The notes under the pieces were generated by a model that did not search any database, was not told the DNA's origin, and was given only the letters and a program-made list of their open reading frames with translations. Below, piece after piece: positions 47,658 through 55,308 of a stretch of 64,000 nucleotides of DNA. Source of the stretch: a virus; the IMG/VR virus record IMGVR_UViG_3300008216_000011, positions 7,602 through 71,601 of that record. One strand, written 5' to 3'. Every line of letters begins with the position of its first letter. Within the stretch, counting starts at the first letter, position 1. The position numbers and the translations under genes were made by a program.

Positions 47658-47734
47658 GCGCGTGTCAGCATAACAGTAAATGCTCCGATCTTATATATCG
47701 GCTGATGGGGGTGCAATTCCCTCCACGCGTACCA
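47658..47734 (+). tRNA. Non-canonical tRNA-Ile (anticodon UAU)
   Basis: Acceptor GCGCGTG/CACGCGT-ACCA; CCGAT-CTTATAT-ATCGG; D-loop lacks GG and T-loop reads TGCAATT. Confidence 0.7.
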
Positions 47735-47761
47735 TTTTATGGCCAATTGGGTTAACTCAAG

Positions 47762-47983
47762 ATGGTTACAAGAGAGTATATAGAATACGGAGCATCTTTC
47801 GAATCTGCTCTGTCCGAGATAAAGAAGGGGAATAATAAGTTAGAGAACCTACAGTTTTTGCGCGTAACGTTTCACCCGATCAAAACTAGGTCGACTGAGC
47901 TTACGGATGAACAACTAGAACATGTGGTCGGAGGCCGAGCAGTTTGGCTCAAGCCTCTGCCCATTAGAGGGAGAGAAAGATGA
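47762..47983 (+). CDS. Small protein with double-glycine leader-like motif
   Basis: ELTDEQLEHVVGG. Confidence 0.5.
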   Translation: MVTREYIEYGASFESALSEIKKGNNKLENLQFLRVTFHPIKTRSTELTDEQLEHVVGGRAVWLKPLPIRGRER

Positions 47984-48282
47984 GAGATCGATTGAACGAA
48001 CCAATTGTGTGTGCTGACGGGTTTCGAATGTCCGTCCAAGGAAACGAGGCCGCTTACTGCGAGCCACGCCGAGACAATCAAGAAAAGTACATTCGGGTGG
48101 AGATTGGCTTTCCGTCTGAAGAAGAACCCCTCATTATGTCATATGCAGAAAATCCTAGGGACCCAATCAACACTGTATATGGTTGGGTCCCTGTCCAAGT
48201 CGTTACAGACGTTATTGCGAAGCATGGGGGTATTGTAACGGGCGAAGTGCCCCCCGGCGTCGCGCGCCTTGAAGCCTCATGA
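47980..48282 (+). CDS. Conserved-looking phage hypothetical protein
   Basis: CADGFRMSVQ..AYCEPR...VEIGFPS...VYGWVP...KHGGI. Confidence 0.75.
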   Translation: MRDRLNEPIVCADGFRMSVQGNEAAYCEPRRDNQEKYIRVEIGFPSEEEPLIMSYAENPRDPINTVYGWVPVQVVTDVIAKHGGIVTGEVPPGVARLEAS

Positions 48283-48482
48283 AAGATATTAAAGTTGGAG
48301 ACTTAGTTAAGATTCTTCCTGGCACGGAAGACGCTCGCCTTCCTAAGAACAGAATGGGGGTGGTTATAAATAACGACCCCGGGAAGCAACCCGGCCAAAC
48401 TACGACTTGGAATGTACATTTTATAAACAATGGGGTTTCAATGAGGTTTCATGAAATGTTTATAGAAGTTATAAAGGAATGA
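48279..48482 (+). CDS. KOW/SH3-like small protein
   Basis: IKVGDLVKI...GVVI...IEVI. Confidence 0.7.
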   Translation: MKDIKVGDLVKILPGTEDARLPKNRMGVVINNDPGKQPGQTTTWNVHFINNGVSMRFHEMFIEVIKE

Positions 48483-48683
48483 ATGTTTGAAGTTGGAGAT
48501 TTGGTTCGATTAGTTACTAGTCCAAGATATCCGGACAATAGAAATTTAGCATTAATAGTTAAAGTTGTATGGGAGAGCCCCATCCCGCACGCGCGCCCCC
48601 GACGAGTGGCCTCGTATCGAGCGGCGCTAGTTGGGCACGAGGGTATACATGTAATATATTCGTGGGAAGTCGAGAGAATATAA
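48483..48683 (+). CDS. KOW/SH3-like small protein
   Basis: FEVGDLVRL. Confidence 0.65.
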   Translation: MFEVGDLVRLVTSPRYPDNRNLALIVKVVWESPIPHARPRRVASYRAALVGHEGIHVIYSWEVERI

Positions 48684-48824
48684 ATCTCAGGTTCCCGTAC
48701 TACGGAATTCGCTATCGAAAATTTTTTCCCCTTTCCCTAGTTCGCAATAGGGCACATATCGATTTTTTCACAACATATATCGAGAATAGATCTAATTAGT
48801 ATACACCTGCAAGAGAAGGCTACA

Positions 48825-49193
48825 ATGTCACATATGAAACTTATACTAGAAAACTGGAAGAAGTTTATTAACGAAGGCACACCGTCTGATAGTTGGTCCC
48901 CCGAGGAACAGCGCGCCCACGACATAGCCCAACGGGTATACCGCTCCATAAAACAAGAGGGATATATTGCAGTGCTCCCCGACGACTTCCCAGGTCAGTT
49001 CGATGTGTACTCCAACAAAACCCCAGAGCAGGTCGTCTTAGCTAAGCTTATGGAACACGCCTTGTTCGACATAAAGTTAGCCCGCCGCCGAGCCGGCGCG
49101 CGCCAGCAGCGCGGCCATTGGAGGCATTGGGCACAGGACTTGTATGATGAAGGGTTCCTCGCGACGTCGCCCCCGGCCCAAGCAAAAAAGTAG
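48825..49193 (+). CDS. Hypothetical protein with MKLILENWKKFINE motif
   Basis: CTAATTA upstream at 48792. Confidence 0.7.
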   Translation: MSHMKLILENWKKFINEGTPSDSWSPEEQRAHDIAQRVYRSIKQEGYIAVLPDDFPGQFDVYSNKTPEQVVLAKLMEHALFDIKLARRRAGARQQRGHWRHWAQDLYDEGFLATSPPAQAKK

Positions 49194-49252
49194 AAAACAG
49201 CCCTTGACATCCTGTTCCCCGTCACCTATAATATAACTAAATGGAGACACTA

Positions 49253-49480
49253 ATGAATACAGCATACCCACCCCATACCCTAGACGACATCGAGCAGGCA
49301 GCCCTTGACCGGCTAACTGACGACCGTCGTACGAACGGCCCCCTTCCACCCGAGGCCGAGGAGTCCCTGCACCTAGCCGGTGTTTTTTGGGATGAAGAGG
49401 CAGACGAATATATTTCTATTACGCGCCTCGTCTCTGATCACAACATGAATATCCTACAGCAACTACTACCAGAAAACTAA
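49253..49480 (+). CDS. Small acidic protein
   Basis: TTGACA-17-TATAAT at 49204; GGAG SD. Confidence 0.6.
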   Translation: MNTAYPPHTLDDIEQAALDRLTDDRRTNGPLPPEAEESLHLAGVFWDEEADEYISITRLVSDHNMNILQQLLPEN

Positions 49481-49552
49481 AAAAATTCGTAACTGCTACT
49501 TGCTTTTCTAACCCAGCTACGCTATAATTAGAGCATGGAGAGAGACAAAAAA

Positions 49553-50356
49553 ATGACTCAACTTGCGCAGAAGCTTCAGAGCGTTGTACAGAACCCCTTG
49601 CTATCTCAGCGAGATAGGGAGTTTGCTAGGTCCCTGGAAAAGTATTACGAGAAGAACAGGAAGCTATCTACTGGTCGGCGTCGCTGCTTGGCGCAACTAG
49701 AAGCCCGGGCAGAATCACTTAAGTCTGTTAACGTTGATCGGAAGACTCTAGATCGTCTCAATCGGCTAGCAGCTAAAGTTGAAAGCAACGCATGGGCCAC
49801 AGATTTTGTTACGTCCCTTACTGACAGAATTGGTTATGGACGGGAACTCACTCCTGCGCAGATTAATCGACTAGGACAGATCGAGGAAGAGTATTCCGAT
49901 GCAGCTGTTGAAAAGAAGGCAAAGTTTGCTCGCGAGTTTTCCCCCGAGATGCGCGCTAGAATGAATGTCGCCGCAGAATACTACGTTAACAATCCCCCCT
50001 ACTATGGTGATCTAATTAAGCAGATTGGTGATGACGAGGATTTCATTCCTTCCGAGAAGCAGTGGAGATCAATGGTGGAGAACAAGTATGCCAGCAAAGT
50101 CTGGGAAAATTACACTTCTCCCCCCAAGTATCCAGTAGGTACATGCGTACAATTGCGTAAAAGTTCGCGCGTCCTGTTCTGCCATCAGAGCAAGATGGGT
50201 TTTGTTGTCGAGGCCGGCCAAAAGGTGCCGGTTACATCGGCCAAGGGGGGGAAGATCTATCTCATCCTCCCGGTAGGAGAGATTACTCCCATTTATTGCG
50301 AGGAGCGCGATCTTAAACTATATAGAAAGAAGAAGAAAGAAGAAGATATCTTTTAG
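49553..50356 (+). CDS. Hypothetical protein with C-terminal SH3/KOW-like domain
   Basis: Helical N-terminus; KYPVGTCVQL...GFVV...ERDLK. Confidence 0.7.
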   Translation: MTQLAQKLQSVVQNPLLSQRDREFARSLEKYYEKNRKLSTGRRRCLAQLEARAESLKSVNVDRKTLDRLNRLAAKVESNAWATDFVTSLTDRIGYGRELTPAQINRLGQIEEEYSDAAVEKKAKFAREFSPEMRARMNVAAEYYVNNPPYYGDLIKQIGDDEDFIPSEKQWRSMVENKYASKVWENYTSPPKYPVGTCVQLRKSSRVLFCHQSKMGFVVEAGQKVPVTSAKGGKIYLILPVGEITPIYCEERDLKLYRKKKKEEDIF

Positions 50357-50366
50357 TACACAAGCT

Positions 50367-50532
50367 ACCGGAGGTACTATACATAAAATAAGGGTTCCTG
50401 TCTCAACGAACCCGTTCGCCCAAATTTGGTAAAAAGGAAATATATTTTTAAAGTAATGGGCAACCCGATAGAGGAGTTAACGAGAGGCTGGCAAGTCGGC
50501 AGCGAGGACACCCGACACCTCCGGTTTTTTTA
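50367..50532 (+). ncRNA. Candidate multibranch structured RNA
   Basis: Closing stem ACCGGAGGT/ACCTCCGGT plus T-tract; internal GGGTTC/GAACCC, GCCCA/TGGGC and GTCGG/CCGAC stems. Confidence 0.45.
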
Positions 50533-50583
50533 TTTGACAATAAAGTTTTAGTCATTGACACAGACCCGAATCTCAGGCATAAT
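50529..50583 (+). promoter_or_regulatory. Palindrome + sigma70 promoter module copy 1
   Basis: TTTATT-TGAC-AATAAAGTTTT; TTGACA-17-CATAAT. Confidence 0.8.
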
Positions 50584-50589
50584 ATACGT

Positions 50590-50772
50590 ATGATGAAACT
50601 TGGCGATTTGGTAAGATGTATATATGCTAGCGGGCAGATCGGCTTAATTGTCGGTGTCGCGACAGACCATGCCCGACCCCTGTATAGTGTCCTCATCGAA
50701 GAGGAAGGTGGCAGGTCGCGCGCATACCGCTTCGTTGCAGAGCATCTGGAGTTATTAAGTGAAGCCGGGTGA
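50590..50772 (+). CDS. KOW/SH3-like cassette gene
   Basis: MKLGDLV...LELLSEAG. Confidence 0.7.
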   Translation: MMKLGDLVRCIYASGQIGLIVGVATDHARPLYSVLIEEEGGRSRAYRFVAEHLELLSEAG

Positions 50773-50977
50773 TCTAGTAAAATTGTGTGGCGCTCTAGAC
50801 CCCACCGGCAAGGCACTGGGCATTGTAGTATGCCGGCATGCCTCCGAAACTACGCGCAGCGGCACTACCCTCGACACGGTTATCGATGTATATTGGCCAG
50901 AGGACGGACATCCCGCCGGCGGCTATAGGCGCACAGAACTATCAGAATTTTTGGAGGTTGTAAATGAAAGTCGGTGA
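50759..50977 (+). CDS. KOW/SH3-like cassette gene
   Basis: MKPGDLV...LEVVNESR. Confidence 0.75.
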   Translation: MKPGDLVKLCGALDPTGKALGIVVCRHASETTRSGTTLDTVIDVYWPEDGHPAGGYRRTELSEFLEVVNESR

Positions 50978-51161
50978 CTTGGTGAAAGCAGCAGACAAAA
51001 CGTTTTATCAGACCATATGGGAAGGTGCAGGTATCCTGCTTCGTCCCGACGAGGGGCGCACATATGTTGAGTGGTCGAATTCCTGGGAAATTCTCTGTGA
51101 TGACGGTAAACGTCGAGTTATTGACGGCGAAGATATTGAGGTAATCGGTGCAACGCGATGA
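50964..51161 (+). CDS. KOW/SH3-like cassette gene
   Basis: MKVGDLV...IEVIGATR. Confidence 0.75.
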   Translation: MKVGDLVKAADKTFYQTIWEGAGILLRPDEGRTYVEWSNSWEILCDDGKRRVIDGEDIEVIGATR

Positions 51162-51357
51162 TTCAGAATATCCCAACCTAGGCGATCTATTGTTTATGGA
51201 ATGTTTGCCCGGGGGACCGTGCCTTTACCTGGGAAAGTATCGAGGTATAGGAAACCAATTATACTTCACAGTATATCACGGTTCTTCACAAACAATTATG
51301 AAGCTTCCAGATTATCACTTTATCGATATTGAGTTGGCCAAAGATTGTGGCTACTAG
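51148..51357 (+). CDS. KOW/SH3-like small protein
   Basis: PNLGDLL; 14-nt overlap with upstream gene. Confidence 0.55.
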   Translation: MQRDDSEYPNLGDLLFMECLPGGPCLYLGKYRGIGNQLYFTVYHGSSQTIMKLPDYHFIDIELAKDCGY

Positions 51358-51380
51358 AGAGAGTGTTAAGATCGGTGATT

Positions 51381-51441
51381 AAAACTTTTATTTGACAATA
51401 AAGTTTTCGGAATTGACTTCTTCTAAAATCTCAGGCATAAT
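51381..51441 (+). promoter_or_regulatory. Palindrome + sigma70 promoter module copy 2
   Basis: AAAACTTTTATTTGACAATAAAGTTTT; TTGACT-17-CATAAT. Confidence 0.85.
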
Positions 51442-51447
51442 ATATAC

Positions 51448-51672
51448 ATGATGAAGATTGGCGATTTAGTTCAGGAAGTCGACCCCGAGCGACCGGAGGA
51501 GAAGTTTCCCATGGGAATCGTCATTCCTTTCCCGGCCGGCTTTCCCGAATCCGTCGGCCGCAGCGCCGCCGATTACGAAAACGGCGACATAGTGTGGGTT
51601 TCTTGGCCCCAGCTTGGCCAAGAAAACTGGTGCTATATAGATGAATTGAGGTTGCTGAATGAAAATCGGTGA
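51448..51672 (+). CDS. KOW/SH3-like cassette gene
   Basis: MKIGDLV...LRLLNENR. Confidence 0.75.
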   Translation: MMKIGDLVQEVDPERPEEKFPMGIVIPFPAGFPESVGRSAADYENGDIVWVSWPQLGQENWCYIDELRLLNENR

Positions 51673-51865
51673 CTTGGTAAAATACACCCCCGAAATGACA
51701 GGGCTGCAAAATTGTTTTGGAATCGTTATTGGTTTCAACGGAGGAGCGGTGGAAGTCCAGTGGACTGACCTTCACTCCGCCCCAGCTTTGACGACGCGCA
51801 CGCGCGGCAAGGAAATCGGAGTCGAACTACCTGATTTCTTGGAGGTTGTAAATGAAAATCGGTGA
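51659..51865 (+). CDS. KOW/SH3-like cassette gene
   Basis: MKIGDLV...LEVVNENR. Confidence 0.8.
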   Translation: MKIGDLVKYTPEMTGLQNCFGIVIGFNGGAVEVQWTDLHSAPALTTRTRGKEIGVELPDFLEVVNENR

Positions 51866-52073
51866 CATTGTAACGGAAACGGGCACGTGGAGACTACGTA
51901 CTCCGTACGTCGGTGAACTCGGCATTATAGTGCCACTCCCGGGCAGGTTAACTGGAACACAGTTCGAACGGGAAGCTAATGACGGAAACATTGTTTGGGT
52001 TCACTGGACTGAATCTGGTGAGGATATCTGGTCCTTCGTTTCAGAGTTGGAGGTTGTAAGTGAAAATCGGTGA
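51852..52073 (+). CDS. KOW/SH3-like cassette gene
   Basis: MKIGDIV...LEVVSENR. Confidence 0.8.
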   Translation: MKIGDIVTETGTWRLRTPYVGELGIIVPLPGRLTGTQFEREANDGNIVWVHWTESGEDIWSFVSELEVVSENR

Positions 52074-52260
52074 CTTGGTAAGATTTCGTTCCTCGTACCC
52101 GGATTGGCCTGTAGGAATAGTTGTAGAGGAATTTCATCTGAACTCTGTCGCTGTGGCACAACCATATACCGAACTGCGTGTTCAATGGCTAGACGATGAC
52201 AACAAGAATGTTAGCTGGGTAAGGCGGAAAGACTTGGAGGTTGTAAGTGAAAGTCGGTGA
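52060..52260 (+). CDS. KOW/SH3-like cassette gene
   Basis: MKIGDLV...LEVVSESR. Confidence 0.8.
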   Translation: MKIGDLVRFRSSYPDWPVGIVVEEFHLNSVAVAQPYTELRVQWLDDDNKNVSWVRRKDLEVVSESR

Positions 52261-52450
52261 CTTGGTAATGAAGGCCAAAACCAGCGGTGTCCGCGATGCG
52301 GCGGGTTTTGGAATTGTGATAGATACTGTGTATAAATCGGGCGGTCAGTACCGACCCAACGGCCGAGGATGTAAGGTCCGGTGGTCAAATGATTACGGCA
52401 CATTCTGGGCAGCCGAAGATAAGTTGGAGTTGATAAATGAAAACCGGTGA
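52247..52450 (+). CDS. KOW/SH3-like cassette gene
   Basis: MKVGDLV...LELINENR. Confidence 0.8.
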   Translation: MKVGDLVMKAKTSGVRDAAGFGIVIDTVYKSGGQYRPNGRGCKVRWSNDYGTFWAAEDKLELINENR

Positions 52451-52661
52451 TCTCGTCACTGTCAAACACCAAAGGGATGTTTTTTTTAATGCGTCTGTTA
52501 CAACTATGGGAATCATTATAGAGACTAAATCAGTTGAATCGATAGAATCAGAGACTCCTTGCGTCATGATTCCGCTGTATCGAGTGCATTGGTTCCTATC
52601 CGATGGCTCTTTTCCCGGGAAAGCTTGGTACGACAAAGAACAGCTTAGGATTGCCAAATGA
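52437..52661 (+). CDS. KOW/SH3-like cassette gene
   Basis: MKTGDLV...GIII...VHW. Confidence 0.75.
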   Translation: MKTGDLVTVKHQRDVFFNASVTTMGIIIETKSVESIESETPCVMIPLYRVHWFLSDGSFPGKAWYDKEQLRIAK

Positions 52662-52882
52662 AGAACAGCGCGCCATGTGAAAACTGTAACAAAAAAGCTA
52701 CACGGCGATTTAAAATTAACGAACCTGGGGTTGTCTACAAGCTAAACAATACCGACGTAGAATCAGACCGGTCAGGCACCTTTTGTACCGTCGCCTGCGC
52801 CAAGAGTCACGCTGCCTGGATGCACGCATGCGGGCGCTCCAAGATGCCGAAAGGTTGGAAAGTCGAGGAAATTAAAAAGTGA
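52658..52882 (+). CDS. Small Zn-finger protein
   Basis: CENC...FCTVAC. Confidence 0.6.
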   Translation: MKNSAPCENCNKKATRRFKINEPGVVYKLNNTDVESDRSGTFCTVACAKSHAAWMHACGRSKMPKGWKVEEIKK

Positions 52883-53085
52883 AACCCGGCGATCTTCTCA
52901 GAGATAAGGAGTATGGCGACATTGGGATACTTATTAAGATTGGCCACCCTGACAACGATACGATCTTCGACGATCATGAAAAAAGAACGTATAATTATTT
53001 AGTTTTAGATACTAGGGGGAAGTGCACATGGCTCCCACTAGACTATCTAGAAAAAGACTGTGAGATTATATATGAAAGTACGTGA
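52879..53085 (+). CDS. KOW/SH3-like cassette gene
   Basis: MKPGDLL...CEIIYEST. Confidence 0.7.
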   Translation: MKPGDLLRDKEYGDIGILIKIGHPDNDTIFDDHEKRTYNYLVLDTRGKCTWLPLDYLEKDCEIIYEST

Positions 53086-53176
53086 TTTGGCCTTGACAGC
53101 ACTGGGGGTTATTGCTATAGTAATAATGAGCTATGAAGATTTCTTAAGATATAGAGATCGGCGCTGGAGACGATGA
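53072..53176 (+). CDS. Short/degenerate cassette ORF (not in ORF track)
   Basis: 34 aa MKVRDLALTALGVIAIVIM...; 14-nt overlap geometry preserved. Confidence 0.4.
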   Translation: MKVRDLALTALGVIAIVIMSYEDFLRYRDRRWRR

Positions 53177-53177
53177 T

Positions 53178-53396
53178 ATGAAAGCTGGCGATCTCATACG
53201 ATTTACATGGAAGGATCAAGAAAGTAGAATCCACTGGAATGCAATGGAGCATGTCGGCATTTTTGTTGAATTTGTTGAAGGCGACTACAAAGATGGCACA
53301 TACGTTGCGGTCGTACCCGAGTCTAAACATTTGTCTGCCGGCCCTGCCCGTTTTTCAGAAATACACTGGAACTGTGAAATAATCAGTGAACACTAA
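53178..53396 (+). CDS. KOW/SH3-like cassette gene
   Basis: MKAGDLI...CEIISEH. Confidence 0.7.
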   Translation: MKAGDLIRFTWKDQESRIHWNAMEHVGIFVEFVEGDYKDGTYVAVVPESKHLSAGPARFSEIHWNCEIISEH

Positions 53397-53607
53397 TAGA
53401 CTATGCCCGAGACTGGGCGATCTAGTGAGGCACACTCACTCTGATGGAGGTTCCACGATAGGACTGGTAGTGGAAACTTACGGCATTAAACTTTATATCA
53501 GGGAGATCGGCAACGATGTCCCGGGCCAAGATCTCTTTGTTGCGCGCAACAAAGTTGAGGTAATCTCCGCTGCCCCTCGCAAAAAAGTATTTCAAAAAAA
53601 GTATTGA
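53386..53607 (+). CDS. KOW/SH3-like small protein
   Basis: RLGDLV...GLVV...VEVIS. Confidence 0.65.
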   Translation: MNTNRLCPRLGDLVRHTHSDGGSTIGLVVETYGIKLYIREIGNDVPGQDLFVARNKVEVISAAPRKKVFQKKY

Positions 53608-53641
53608 CTTCCTTCAAAGCTTCAGGCATACTGTAGGTACG

Positions 53642-53791
53642 ATGAAACGTGAGGGACGAAACCTGATTGCACTCGCTGCCTGGAACCACCGGGGAGCAGG
53701 GGAGCATAAGAACAAGGCCCGCAAGGGTTCCGGCAAGGGCAGCGGCAAAGTTGCTCGACACCCGAAGCACAAGGGGCGACGTTATGTCTGA
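53642..53791 (+). CDS. Small basic ArfA-like peptide (not in ORF track)
   Basis: 49 aa ...HKNKARKGSGKGSGKVARHPKHKGR; promoter TTGACT-17-CATACT at 53604. Confidence 0.45.
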   Translation: MKREGRNLIALAAWNHRGAGEHKNKARKGSGKGSGKVARHPKHKGRRYV

Positions 53792-54008
53792 CAGAATTGA
53801 AGTCGGAGATTTGGTAAAAAGAATTCCTCCTCACCTGGGACCAGACAACAAAGTTTATCTGGTGGCAGAAATAGAAAAACGCGAACATACCGATGGAAGG
53901 CCGATTCTCGGCCCCCACGGTCGACCAAGTTGGTGTGTGCTACACGACGACGCGGGCCGCCTGACTGCCGTCCGCCAGCTGACACTCGTTCAAAAGGGAA
54001 AACAATAA
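53784..54008 (+). CDS. KOW/SH3-like small protein
   Basis: MSDRIEVGDLVK. Confidence 0.7.
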   Translation: MSDRIEVGDLVKRIPPHLGPDNKVYLVAEIEKREHTDGRPILGPHGRPSWCVLHDDAGRLTAVRQLTLVQKGKQ

Positions 54009-54009
54009 T

Positions 54010-54579
54010 ATGTGTATCGCACAACATGTACCAGAAATGTCAAACTCCGAACTTAACGGACTAGCCCAGAATCGCTTCATTGACGAAGAGACTGCGCTAG
54101 CAATTGTTAAAACGGGCTATAACCGCGCACTGCACAAGTTGGCCACTAATTCTAACATTTCAAATAAAGTTGTTGATATTCTTTTTCAACGACGAGGGTT
54201 TGTGATTAAGTGCATACTAATACGGTCTGGTCATGTTTCTTCTGATAGGTATGAGGAGGTTTTAGCTATGTTGAATCCTCGCCTACGCGCGCACCGAATT
54301 ATGGACACGTTTGTCGGCGGCTGGTACCATGACGGCGTTGGTACTCCCGCGAACTTGTTGGGCCAAATATTTGACGGTCTTGTTGATACTGGCGAGATGC
54401 GTCATTACTGGCTTTCGTACTTCGCAAGAAATACTGGGTGCGATCTAGCTTTGCTAGCAAAGTTACAGCGATTCCAAGCCGACAAGCCGCCGGCGTACGG
54501 AGTTTCGCAGGCTCCCGCCGACGCGATTCGAAAAAAGCTAGTCGAGCTATCTCGACAAGAAGCTGCGAAAGACAAGTAA
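54010..54579 (+). CDS. Hypothetical helical-repeat (LRV-like) protein
   Basis: LAQNRFI / LATNSNIS / FARNTGC repeats. Confidence 0.65.
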   Translation: MCIAQHVPEMSNSELNGLAQNRFIDEETALAIVKTGYNRALHKLATNSNISNKVVDILFQRRGFVIKCILIRSGHVSSDRYEEVLAMLNPRLRAHRIMDTFVGGWYHDGVGTPANLLGQIFDGLVDTGEMRHYWLSYFARNTGCDLALLAKLQRFQADKPPAYGVSQAPADAIRKKLVELSRQEAAKDK

Positions 54580-54603
54580 TATCAACAGCTTAGGGAAAAC
54601 AAA

Positions 54604-54888
54604 ATGAAAACTGTTATTGTTTTTGACACTGAAGATCAAGAGGGAATGAAGAATTCTTACAAGATTATCAACATGTTGGCGACTGAATATAACATCAGAG
54701 CGACCCCAGGTGACGTTGGCCCTGCTTTCGGCAAGATCGAATTTATCAAAATGATTCGGGCATGCGTACGTGAGGCAGAGGAAGCTGCAAAGCAGGATCC
54801 GCTCATGCCTGGAACTCTGTCCTGGGCCAAGCGTTTCACAGAGAAAGTATTTTCCGCCAAGAATGCCGGAGGCCGCTACCAGGGCTAA
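54604..54888 (+). CDS. Hypothetical protein; C-terminal part faintly L7/L12-CTD-like
   Basis: GKIEFIKMIR...LSWAKRFTE. Confidence 0.55.
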   Translation: MKTVIVFDTEDQEGMKNSYKIINMLATEYNIRATPGDVGPAFGKIEFIKMIRACVREAEEAAKQDPLMPGTLSWAKRFTEKVFSAKNAGGRYQG

Positions 54889-54946
54889 ACTTTTATTTGA
54901 CAATAAAGTTTTCCTGCTTGCAATTAGTAAAAATCTCAGGCATAAT
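54887..54946 (+). promoter_or_regulatory. Palindrome + sigma70 promoter module copy 3
   Basis: AAACTTTTATTTGACAATAAAGTTTT; TTGCAA-17-CATAAT. Confidence 0.85.
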
Positions 54947-54952
54947 ATACCT

Positions 54953-55141
54953 ATGATAAAGATTGGCTCATTGGTTAAACTCGTACGTGACGGTCGCCTC
55001 GCTGTCGTCCATCGCGTTGCTGTAAACGGCAACATTGGTCTACGACCCCTTGATGGTCTTGGAATTCGCGGTGAACGGGCACTCCCCGGGGACTGTCTTA
55101 TTTGGACCTACAGCGAACGCATCGAACTCCTATCATCATGA
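54953..55141 (+). CDS. KOW/SH3-like cassette gene
   Basis: MIKIGSLVKL...IELLSS. Confidence 0.65.
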   Translation: MIKIGSLVKLVRDGRLAVVHRVAVNGNIGLRPLDGLGIRGERALPGDCLIWTYSERIELLSS

Positions 55142-55308
55142 AGATCGGCGACTTGGTAAGAAATCTAAACTCCGAGTACGGAGAACTTGGTGTTATTATT
55201 AATTTCGCCTCTTCCAACTTCAAGGAATCGCATCCGATTGTTGCATGGGGTAATAGAACAGCACTTATCCTGCGAGATTATGTGGAGGTTATAAATGAAA
55301 GTCGGTGA
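55138..55308 (+). CDS. KOW/SH3-like cassette gene
   Basis: MKIGDLV...VEVINESR. Confidence 0.75.
   Translation: MKIGDLVRNLNSEYGELGVIINFASSNFKESHPIVAWGNRTALILRDYVEVINESR

Noticed and set aside
53667-54008. Track starts at 53667, 54770, 55102, 42714, 59374, 60776 and 5771
   Set aside because: The N-terminal extensions run through promoters or upstream genes; downstream starts with SD or overlap geometry fit better.
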